Shown one piece after another: positions 54,057-64,000 of a DNA stretch of 64,000 nt. This stretch comes from Escherichia coli (GTDB taxonomy: Bacteria > Pseudomonadota > Gammaproteobacteria > Enterobacterales > Enterobacteriaceae), in the NCBI RefSeq assembly GCF_016903815.1, contig NZ_CP069973.1, one strand, 5' to 3'. The translations under genes were made by a program, and so were the position numbers. A model generated the notes under the pieces. That model worked only from the letters and a program-made list of their open reading frames with translations, was not told where the DNA came from and did no database searches. Numbering within the stretch: position 1 is the first letter of the stretch; each line of letters begins with the position of its first letter.

Positions 54057-54073
54057 CCGGATGCGATGCTGGC
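54057..54073. repeat. Left half of a REP palindromic unit split by the IS
   Basis: CCGGATGCGATGCTGGC pairs with the right half at 55506-55522. Confidence 0.8.
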
Positions 54074-54597
54074 TGAACTGCACCCCAAATGTTGGACATA
54101 ATCTGACATCTGAAGGTGCAGTTTATGAAACATTCATTTGAAGTAAAAATTGCCGCTGTAAATCATTACCTGGCCGGTCATGCAGGCATCATTTCTACGG
54201 CAAAACTCTTTCAACTTTCTCACACCAGCCTCTCACACTGGATTAATCTTTTTCTTCTTCACGGTCCTCAGGCACTGGATTGCAGACACAAGCGTAGCTA
54301 TTCTCCTGAAGATAAACTTTGCGTGGTTCTTTATGCTCTCGGGCATTCTGAGTCTCTACCCCGGGTAGCTGCCCGGTTTAACATTCCCAGCCACAACACG
54401 GTTAAAAACTGGATAAAAGGCTACCGCAAATCTGGTAATGAGGCCTTTATCAGGCGCAGGAAGGAGAAAAGCATGACCCGTTCTGATGATACCCATGAAA
54501 ACGAGGCAAACATGACGCCGGAAGAGATGAAGAATGAGCTGCGTTATCTTCGCGCAGAAAATGCATATCTGAAAGCCATGCAGGAGCATCTCCTGGA

Positions 54598-55523
<926 letters not shown>

Positions 55524-55533
55524 ATTTTACGCA

Positions 55534-57201
55534 TTACTTCGCAATACGCTTGTACTTGATACGCTTCGGCTCCAGCGCGTCTGCGCCCAGCGTGCGTTTC
55601 TTGTACTCTTCGTACTCGGTAAAGTTACCTTCGAAGAACTCAACTTTACCTTCATCCTGGTAATCCAGGATGTGCGTGGCGATACGGTCGAGGAACCAAC
55701 GGTCGTGCGAGATAACCATCGCACAGCCCGGGAACTCCAGCAGGGCGTTTTCCAGCGCGCGCAGGGTTTCGATATCCAGGTCGTTGGTTGGTTCGTCGAG
55801 CAGCAGCATGTTGCCGCCAACTTGCAGCAGCTTCGCCAGATGCAGACGACCGCGCTCACCGCCGGAGAGTTCACCAACGCGTTTACCCTGATCAACCCCT
55901 TTAAAGTTAAAGCGGCCAACGTAGGCGCGGCTTGGCATCTCGGTGTTGCCGATTTTCATGATATCCAGCCCGCCGGAAACTTCTTCCCAAACGGTTTTGC
56001 TGTTATCCATTGAATCACGGAACTGATCAACCGATGCCAGTTTCACCGTTTCACCCAAAGTGATGGTGCCGCTGTCCGGCTGTTCCTGACCGGAGATCAT
56101 ACGGAACAGGGTCGATTTACCCGCACCGTTCGGACCGATGATCCCGACGATCGCCCCTTTCGGGATCGAGAAACTCAGATCATCAATCAGCAGACGATCG
56201 CCATAGGATTTACGCAGATTGCTGACTTCCAGCACTTTGTCGCCCAGACGCGGTCCAGGTGGAATAAACAGTTCGTTGGTTTCGTTACGTTTCTGATATT
56301 CGGTGCTGTTCAGCTCTTCAAAGCGTGCCAGACGTGCTTTACCTTTCGACTGACGGCCTTTAGTCCCCTGACGTACCCACTCCAGCTCTTTCTCGATCGA
56401 CTTACGACGCGCCGCTTCTTGTGAAGCTTCCTGCGCCAGGCGCTGATCTTTCTGCTCCAGCCAAGAGGAGTAGTTACCTTCCCACGGAATACCTTCACCG
56501 CGGTCCAGTTCGAGGATCCAGCCCGCCACGTTATCGAGGAAGTAACGGTCGTGGGTAATCGCCACAACGGTGCCTTCGAAGTCGTGCAGGAAGCGTTCCA
56601 GCCAGGCCACGGATTCGGCATCCAGGTGGTTGGTCGGTTCGTCGAGCAGCAGCATGTCTGGTTTTTCCAGCAGCAGGCGGCACAACGCTACGCGACGACG
56701 CTCACCACCGGAGAGGTTAGCGATTTTCGCGTCCCAGTCCGGCAGACGCAGCGCATCCGCCGCACGCTCCAGCTGAACGTTCAGGTTGTGACCGTCGTGA
56801 GCCTGAATGATCTCTTCCAGACGGCCTTGTTCAGCGGCCAGCTTGTCAAAATCGGCATCCGGATCGGCGTACAGCGCATACACTTCATCCAGGCGTTTCA
56901 GGGCGTTAACCACTTCAGAAACCGCTTCTTCAATGGACTCACGCACGGTGTGTTCCGGGTTCAGCTGCGGTTCCTGCGGCAGATAACCAATCTTGATATC
57001 CGGTTGCGGACGCGCTTCGCCTTCGATGTCTTTATCAATGCCCGCCATAATGCGCAGCAGGGTGGACTTACCCGCGCCGTTCAGACCCAGGACACCAATT
57101 TTTGCCCCAGGGAAGAAACTCAGAGAGATGTTTTTCAAAATATGACGTTTCGGCGGAACAACTTTGCCGACACGATGCATGGTATAAACGAATTGAGCCA
57201 C
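55534..57201 (-). CDS. ettA: Energy-dependent translational throttle ABC-F protein EttA (YjjK)
   Basis: 555-aa ORF MAQFVYTMHRVGKVVPPKRHILKNISLSFFPGAKIGVLGLNGAGKST... with two ABC domains. Confidence 0.96.
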   Translation of the reverse strand: MAQFVYTMHRVGKVVPPKRHILKNISLSFFPGAKIGVLGLNGAGKSTLLRIMAGIDKDIEGEARPQPDIKIGYLPQEPQLNPEHTVRESIEEAVSEVVNALKRLDEVYALYADPDADFDKLAAEQGRLEEIIQAHDGHNLNVQLERAADALRLPDWDAKIANLSGGERRRVALCRLLLEKPDMLLLDEPTNHLDAESVAWLERFLHDFEGTVVAITHDRYFLDNVAGWILELDRGEGIPWEGNYSSWLEQKDQRLAQEASQEAARRKSIEKELEWVRQGTKGRQSKGKARLARFEELNSTEYQKRNETNELFIPPGPRLGDKVLEVSNLRKSYGDRLLIDDLSFSIPKGAIVGIIGPNGAGKSTLFRMISGQEQPDSGTITLGETVKLASVDQFRDSMDNSKTVWEEVSGGLDIMKIGNTEMPSRAYVGRFNFKGVDQGKRVGELSGGERGRLHLAKLLQVGGNMLLLDEPTNDLDIETLRALENALLEFPGCAMVISHDRWFLDRIATHILDYQDEGKVEFFEGNFTEYEEYKKRTLGADALEPKRIKYKRIAK

Positions 57202-57411
57202 GTTGGACTTCGCCTCTATGTTTATCGTGATGATGAGTTTTCAAAGGCGAAGTGTAGCCTTTTTCCCCGCCTAATCCCAGCCGGTCGATCACCCTCGCAG
57301 TAAAAGTAAAAAAGTGTCCGTAACGTGGCGTAAACGGCAATGACTGGTTAGCATAAATCTATTACGCGGCATGACGCTGCATTGATGTATTTACACTTAG
57401 AGGATGCGCTT

Positions 57412-59349
57412 GTGGAAAAAGCCAAACAAGTTACCTGGCGGCTGTTGGCTGCCGGTGTCTGTCTGCTGACGGTCAGCAGCGTGGCGCGAGCCGACTCACT
57501 GGATGAGCAGCGTAGCCGCTACGCCCAAATCAAGCAGGCCTGGGATAATCGACAAATGGATGTGGTCGAACAAATGATGCCTGGACTGAAGGATTATCCG
57601 CTTTATCCCTACCTGGAATACCGTCAGATCACCGATGACCTGATGAATCAACCGGTGGTGACGGTCACTAACTTTGTTCGCGCTAACCCCACGCTTCCTC
57701 CCGCTCGCACGCTGCAATCTCGTTTCGTCAATGAACTGGCGCGGCGTGAAGACTGGCGTGGCTTGTTAGCCTTTAGCCCGGAAAAGCCCGGAACTACCGA
57801 AGCGCAATGTAATTACTACTATGCGAAATGGAACACCGGGCAGAGTGAAGAAGCCTGGCAAGGGGCGAAAGAGCTGTGGCTAACCGGCAAGAGCCAGCCT
57901 AACGCCTGTGACAAGTTATTTAGCGTCTGGCGTGCGTCAGGTAAACAAGATCCGCTGGCGTATTTAGAGCGTATCCGTCTGGCGATGAAAGCGGGTAACA
58001 CTGGCCTGGTAACAGTGCTGGCAGGGCAGATGCCTGCCGATTACCAGACTATCGCTTCGGCAATCATTTCACTGGCGAACAACCCTAATACGGTACTGAC
58101 CTTCGCGCGTACAACCGGAGCGACCGATTTTACCCGTCAAATGGCGGCGGTGGCGTTTGCCAGTGTGGCGCGGCAGGATGCTGAAAATGCACGGCTGATG
58201 ATCCCGTCGCTTGCCCAGGCGCAGCAGCTTAATGAAGATCAGATTCAGGAGCTGCGCGATATCGTCGCCTGGCGTTTGATGGGCAATGATGTCACCGATG
58301 AGCAGGCGAAATGGCGCGATGACGCCATTATGCGTTCGCAATCTACTTCGCTTATTGAACGGCGCGTGCGAATGGCGCTTGGCACCGGCGATCGTCGCGG
58401 CCTGAATACCTGGCTGGCGCGTTTGCCGATGGAGGCGAAAGAGAAAGATGAATGGCGTTACTGGCAGGCGGATTTACTGCTGGAACGCGGACGTGAAGCT
58501 GAAGCAAAAGAGATTTTGCATCAACTCATGCAACAGCGTGGTTTCTACCCGATGGTTGCAGCACAACGCATCGGCGAAGAGTATGAGCTGAAGATTGATA
58601 AAGCGCCGCAGAATGTTGACAGCGCCCTGATTCAGGGGCCGGAGATGGCGCGCGTGCGCGAGTTGATGTACTGGAATCTCGATAACACCGCGCGTAGCGA
58701 GTGGGCCAATCTGGTGAAGAGCAAGTCTAAAACAGAGCAAGCTCAACTGGCGCGGTATGCTTTCAACAACCAATGGTGGGATCTTAGCGTTCAGGCAACG
58801 ATCGCCGGGAAGCTGTGGGATCATCTGGAAGAACGATTCCCGCTGGCCTACAACGATCTTTTCAAACGTTACACCAGTGGGAAGGAGATCCCGCAAAGCT
58901 ATGCGATGGCGATTGCCCGTCAGGAGAGTGCCTGGAATCCGAAAGTGAAATCGCCGGTAGGGGCCAGCGGCCTGATGCAGATTATGCCGGGCACGGCGAC
59001 CCATACGGTGAAGATGTTCTCTATTCCTGGTTATAGCAGCCCAGGACAATTGCTGGATCCGGAAACGAACATCAACATTGGCACCAGTTACCTGCAATAT
59101 GTTTATCAGCAGTTTGGTAATAACCGTATTTTCTCCTCAGCAGCTTATAACGCCGGACCAGGGCGGGTGCGAACCTGGCTTGGCAACAGCGCCGGGCGTA
59201 TCGACGCAGTGGCATTTGTCGAGAGTATTCCGTTCTCCGAGACGCGCGGTTATGTGAAGAACGTGCTGGCTTATGACGCTTACTACCGCTATTTCATGGG
59301 GGATAAACCGACATTGATGAGCGCCACGGAATGGGGACGTCGTTACTGA
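57412..59349 (+). CDS. slt: Soluble lytic murein transglycosylase Slt70
   Basis: GTG start giving (M)EKAKQVTWRLLAAGVCLLTVSSVARA (645 aa). It has the catalytic ES motif in AIARQESAWNP. Confidence 0.95.
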   Translation: MEKAKQVTWRLLAAGVCLLTVSSVARADSLDEQRSRYAQIKQAWDNRQMDVVEQMMPGLKDYPLYPYLEYRQITDDLMNQPVVTVTNFVRANPTLPPARTLQSRFVNELARREDWRGLLAFSPEKPGTTEAQCNYYYAKWNTGQSEEAWQGAKELWLTGKSQPNACDKLFSVWRASGKQDPLAYLERIRLAMKAGNTGLVTVLAGQMPADYQTIASAIISLANNPNTVLTFARTTGATDFTRQMAAVAFASVARQDAENARLMIPSLAQAQQLNEDQIQELRDIVAWRLMGNDVTDEQAKWRDDAIMRSQSTSLIERRVRMALGTGDRRGLNTWLARLPMEAKEKDEWRYWQADLLLERGREAEAKEILHQLMQQRGFYPMVAAQRIGEEYELKIDKAPQNVDSALIQGPEMARVRELMYWNLDNTARSEWANLVKSKSKTEQAQLARYAFNNQWWDLSVQATIAGKLWDHLEERFPLAYNDLFKRYTSGKEIPQSYAMAIARQESAWNPKVKSPVGASGLMQIMPGTATHTVKMFSIPGYSSPGQLLDPETNINIGTSYLQYVYQQFGNNRIFSSAAYNAGPGRVRTWLGNSAGRIDAVAFVESIPFSETRGYVKNVLAYDAYYRYFMGDKPTLMSATEWGRRY

Positions 59350-59373
59350 TCCGCACGTTTATGATATGCTATC

Positions 59374-59391
59374 GTACTCTTTAGCGAGTAC
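59374..59391. promoter_or_regulatory. TrpR operator in the trpR promoter (autoregulation)
   Basis: GTACTCTTTAGCGAGTAC is a palindromic GTACT...AGTAC operator, 48 bp upstream of the trpR ATG. Confidence 0.85.
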
Positions 59392-59423
59392 AACCGGGGG
59401 AGGCATTTTGCTTCCCCCGCTAA

Positions 59424-60286
<863 letters not shown>

Positions 60287-60325
60287 TCAGAAAATTAACG
60301 TTACAGCAGTATACGGAAAAAAAGC

Positions 60326-60973
60326 ATGTTACAGGTATACCTAGTCCGCCACGGTGAAACGCAGTGGAACGCCGAGCGACGTATTCAGGGCCAGTCTGAC
60401 AGCCCGCTGACCGCCAAAGGTGAGCAACAGGCGATGCAGGTGGCAACCCGTGCCAAAGAGCTTGGCATTACGCATATCATCAGTAGCGATTTAGGACGCA
60501 CCCGGCGTACGGCGGAAATCATCGCCCAGGCCTGCGGCTGTGACATCATCTTTGATTCTCGCCTGCGTGAATTAAACATGGGTGTGCTGGAAAAAAGACA
60601 TATCGATTCTCTGACCGAAGAAGAAGAGAACTGGCGTCGGCAGCTGGTCAATGGCACCGTTGACGGGCGTATTCCTGAAGGCGAGTCAATGCAGGAGCTC
60701 AGCGATCGCGTCAATGCGGCACTGGAATCTTGCCGGGACTTACCGCAGGGAAGCCGACCGCTGCTGGTGAGCCACGGTATTGCACTGGGATGCCTGGTGA
60801 GTACGATTCTCGGATTACCAGCATGGGCAGAGCGTCGCTTACGTCTGCGTAACTGTTCTATTTCGCGCGTGGATTATCAGGAAAGCCTGTGGCTGGCGTC
60901 TGGTTGGGGCGTTGAAACCGCAGGGGACATCTCGCATCTGGACGCCCCTGCATTAGATGAGCTGCAGCGTTAA
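60326..60973 (+). CDS. gpmB: Probable phosphoglycerate mutase GpmB (YtjC), histidine phosphatase family
   Basis: 215-aa ORF MLQVYLVRHGETQWNAERRIQG with the RHG motif. Confidence 0.95.
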   Translation: MLQVYLVRHGETQWNAERRIQGQSDSPLTAKGEQQAMQVATRAKELGITHIISSDLGRTRRTAEIIAQACGCDIIFDSRLRELNMGVLEKRHIDSLTEEEENWRRQLVNGTVDGRIPEGESMQELSDRVNAALESCRDLPQGSRPLLVSHGIALGCLVSTILGLPAWAERRLRLRNCSISRVDYQESLWLASGWGVETAGDISHLDAPALDELQR

Positions 60974-61839
60974 CGACGGATCGGAATCAGCAGTTCACAG
61001 CGCAGATTAATTGGGCGATCTCCCGCTTTGGCATCTTCTGCCGGGTAGTATCGCTCAATATCCTGACCTTTACGGCGCGTCAGGTTGAGCATTGGCATAC
61101 ACGTTCCGTATACCGTCAGGATAAACTCCTGCACGCCGGTTCCCAGACCTTCATAGGTAAACATCACATATTCGCCGCCCTGCAGCATCACCGGATGCCC
61201 CGTCAGTACATAGCCATCTGCCTGATCCTGGGCTAACGCGGTGGTATAGAATACTTCTTGTTCGTCGTCTTTATCCTGACTCGGACGCGTTTCATTCAGG
61301 CCGTAGAGCACCGGCGGAATGGTCGGCGCGTTGCCGAGAAAATCGTGCCAGAACTGATAACGCATTTCATGGCGGAAATCAGAGATTTGCTCCAGCGAAC
61401 AGGAGTAGCTCTGGGTAACACCAATCAGCGGCGTATCTTCCAGGGTGACAAATTTGTGCTCTGGCATAGTGAATTCACCCAGACGTAGCGGCGGGCGAAT
61501 ACCAAAGGCGCTCCATTCAGGAGAACGGCGGTAAAGTGCAGGAGTCTGGGCAAACTGCTTCTTGAATGCGCGGGTAAATGTCTGTTGAGAGTCGAAGCGG
61601 TATTGCAGCGCGATGTCCAGAATCGGACGCGCAGTCAGGCGTAGTGCGACCGCCGATTTCGACAAACGACGAGCACGAATATACGCGCCAATAGCATGGC
61701 CAGTGACATCTTTAAACATTCTCTGTAAGTGCCACTTGGAATAACCTGCTTTCGCCGCTACATTGTCGAGCGACAGGGGCTGATCCAGATGACCTTCCAG
61801 CCAGATTAAAAGGTCGCGAATAATGCCGGCCTGATCCAT
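60970..61839 (-). CDS. rob: AraC/XylS-family right-origin-binding protein Rob
   Basis: 289-aa ORF MDQAGIIRDLLIWLEGHLDQPLSLDNVAAKAGYSKWHLQRMF... Confidence 0.96.
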   Translation of the reverse strand: MDQAGIIRDLLIWLEGHLDQPLSLDNVAAKAGYSKWHLQRMFKDVTGHAIGAYIRARRLSKSAVALRLTARPILDIALQYRFDSQQTFTRAFKKQFAQTPALYRRSPEWSAFGIRPPLRLGEFTMPEHKFVTLEDTPLIGVTQSYSCSLEQISDFRHEMRYQFWHDFLGNAPTIPPVLYGLNETRPSQDKDDEQEVFYTTALAQDQADGYVLTGHPVMLQGGEYVMFTYEGLGTGVQEFILTVYGTCMPMLNLTRRKGQDIERYYPAEDAKAGDRPINLRCELLIPIRR

Positions 61840-62049
61840 AAAATATCCTCATCCTTTCAACAACGAGCACCTGACATCAGGTAATTGGATAATAGCATTT
61901 TTTGCTGTTTTAGCATTCAGTGTTTTTTTCTTAGTAGAGTATGTTTTAGGACTTGACGGAAATAAAAGTATTGAGATTTTGTTCTTAATCAATATGTTAT
62001 TTACCGTGACGAACTAATTGCTCGTGTAATAGATAAAAATGGTAACAAT

Positions 62050-62523
62050 ATGAAATACAAGCATTTGATCCTGTCTTTAAGCCTGATAATGCTGGGGCCA
62101 TTGGCTCATGCAGAAGAGATTGGTTCGGTCGACACCGTATTTAAAATGATCGGCCCGGATCACAAAATTGTTGTGGAAGCCTTTGACGATCCCGATGTGA
62201 AAAATGTCACCTGTTATGTGAGCCGGGCGAAAACCGGTGGTATTAAAGGGGGATTGGGCCTGGCAGAAGATACCTCCGATGCGGCCATTTCTTGTCAGCA
62301 AGTCGGGCCGATTGAACTGTCGGATCGTATTAAAAACGGCAAAGCTCAGGGCGAGGTAGTATTCAAAAAACGCACGTCCCTGGTCTTTAAGTCGTTACAG
62401 GTCGTGCGCTTTTATGATGCCAAACGCAACGCGCTCGCTTATCTGGCTTACTCCGACAAAGTTGTAGAAGGTTCGCCGAAAAACGCGATTAGCGCGGTTC
62501 CTGTCATGCCGTGGCGGCAATAA
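62050..62523 (+). CDS. creA: Periplasmic protein CreA
   Basis: 157-aa ORF with a signal peptide, upstream of creBC. Confidence 0.93.
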
Positions 62524-62535
62524 CAGAGGCGATTT

Positions 62536-63225
62536 ATGCAACGGGAAACGGTCTGGTTAGTGGAAGATGAGCAAGGGATAGCCGACACGCTGGTCTACAT
62601 GTTGCAGCAGGAAGGTTTTGCCGTCGAGGTCTTTGAGCGAGGCTTGCCGGTGCTGGATAAAGCTCGCCAGCAGGTACCCGACGTCATGATTCTCGATGTT
62701 GGTCTGCCGGATATTAGCGGCTTTGAATTGTGCCGCCAGTTACTGGCGCTCCATCCGGCGTTACCTGTACTGTTCCTGACGGCCCGAAGTGAAGAGGTCG
62801 ATCGCCTGCTTGGGCTGGAAATTGGCGCTGACGACTATGTGGCTAAACCGTTTTCACCCCGCGAAGTGTGCGCCAGGGTGCGCACCTTACTGCGTCGGGT
62901 GAAGAAGTTCTCGACGCCGTCTCCCGTCATCCGTATTGGACATTTTGAATTGAATGAACCCGCGGCGCAGATCAGCTGGTTTGACACGCCATTAACGCTG
63001 ACGCGGTATGAGTTTTTATTGCTGAAGACGTTACTCAAGTCGCCAGGCCGCGTCTGGTCCCGCCAGCAACTGATGGATAGCGTGTGGGAAGATGCGCAGG
63101 ACACATACGATCGCACCGTCGATACCCACATTAAAACGTTGCGTGCCAAGCTGCGCGCCATCAACCCCGATCTTTCACCGATTAATACTCATCGCGGCAT
63201 GGGATATAGCCTGAGGGGCCTGTAA
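62536..63225 (+). CDS. creB: Response regulator CreB (OmpR family)
   Basis: 229-aa ORF with a receiver domain (ILDVGLPD) and a winged-helix output domain. Confidence 0.95.
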   Translation: MQRETVWLVEDEQGIADTLVYMLQQEGFAVEVFERGLPVLDKARQQVPDVMILDVGLPDISGFELCRQLLALHPALPVLFLTARSEEVDRLLGLEIGADDYVAKPFSPREVCARVRTLLRRVKKFSTPSPVIRIGHFELNEPAAQISWFDTPLTLTRYEFLLLKTLLKSPGRVWSRQQLMDSVWEDAQDTYDRTVDTHIKTLRAKLRAINPDLSPINTHRGMGYSLRGL

Positions 63226-64000
63226 TGCGTATCGGCATGCGGTTGCTGCTGGGCTATTTTTTACTGGTGGCGGTGGCAGCCTGGTTCGTACTGGCCATTT
63301 TTGTCAAAGAAGTTAAACCGGGCGTGCGAAGAGCAACGGAGGGGACGTTGATCGACACCGCAACGTTGCTGGCAGAGCTGGCGCGTCCCGATTTGCTCTC
63401 TGGGGACCCAACGCATGGGCAACTGGCGCAGGCGTTTAATCAGCTACAGCATCGCCCGTTTCGCGCCAATATCGGTGGCATTAACAAAGTGCGCAATGAA
63501 TATCATGTCTATATGACCGATGCGCAGGGCAAAGTATTGTTCGATTCGGCAAATAAAGCCGTTGGACAGGATTATTCGCGCTGGAATGACGTCTGGCTAA
63601 CGTTGCGTGGTCAGTATGGTGCGCGCAGCACGTTGCAAAATCCTGCCGATCCCGAAAGTTCTGTGATGTATGTTGCCGCGCCGATTATGGACGGCTCGCG
63701 GCTTATTGGCGTTTTGAGCGTAGGCAAACCGAACGCGGCGATGGCTCCGGTCATTAAGCGCAGCGAGCGGCGAATTTTATGGGCCAGCGCCATTTTGTTG
63801 GGGATTGCACTGGTGATTGGCGCAGGCATGGTTTGGTGGATCAACCGCTCCATTGCCCGGCTCACTCGCTATGCTGATTCCGTCACTGACAATAAGCCCG
63901 TTCCTCTTCCTGAACTCGGCAGTAGCGAACTGCGTAAGCTTGCGCAGGCGCTGGAAAGTATGCGCGTGAAGCTGGAGGGGAAAAACTATATTGAGCAATA
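63225..64000 (+). CDS. creC: Sensor histidine kinase CreC, N-terminal part (runs off the right edge)
   Basis: The ATG overlaps the creB stop (TAATG). The frame MRIGMRLLLGYFLLVAVAAWFVLAIFVKEVKPG... is open to position 64000. It is not in the ORF track because no stop lies within the window. Confidence 0.92.
   Translation, partial: MRIGMRLLLGYFLLVAVAAWFVLAIFVKEVKPGVRRATEGTLIDTATLLAELARPDLLSGDPTHGQLAQAFNQLQHRPFRANIGGINKVRNEYHVYMTDAQGKVLFDSANKAVGQDYSRWNDVWLTLRGQYGARSTLQNPADPESSVMYVAAPIMDGSRLIGVLSVGKPNAAMAPVIKRSERRILWASAILLGIALVIGAGMVWWINRSIARLTRYADSVTDNKPVPLPELGSSELRKLAQALESMRVKLEGKNYIEQ

Overview
The window reads as an Escherichia coli chromosome segment colinear with the K-12 hsd-to-cre region. 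The gene order is hsdS' hsdM hsdR mrr yjiA yjiX btsT tsr ... lgoR lgoD opgB yjjA dnaC dnaT yjjB yjjP yjjQ bglJ fhuF yjjZ leuQPV rsmC holD rimI yjjG prfC osmY ytjA yjjU yjjV yjjW yjjI deoCABD ... lplA ytjB serB radA nadR ... ettA slt trpR yjjX gpmB rob creA creB creC'. Most of it is conserved core genome. It carries the expected REP/BIME and ERIC repeats, three tRNA-Leu(CAG) genes and well-known regulatory sites: DeoR operators, TrpR operator, Fur boxes and a sigma-28 promoter. Four stretches depart from the K-12 layout as I remember it. (1) The type IA hsd locus has an HsdS target-recognition domain that does not look like EcoKI. (2) Between tsr and lgoR, a TRAP transporter operon plus a YjcE-like Na+/H+ exchanger sit where lgoT would be. 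(3) Between deoD and lplA, a small XRE-type HTH gene with reiterated ATCTATTCA motifs sits where the hipA-like yjjJ would be. (4) Between nadR and ettA there is a ~5.7 kb insertion. It holds two gene remnants, a LysR-regulated AKR/SDR/SRPBCC oxidoreductase cluster with a perfect CRP core site, a DUF1471 gene, and an intact 1432-bp IS3-family element (IS1397-like) inserted in a REP palindrome. I found no CRISPR array, no prophage or integrase, and no convincing new defence system. The accessory modules are the most interesting parts, but they are built from recognisable families. All comparisons to K-12 are from memory and need alignment to confirm.
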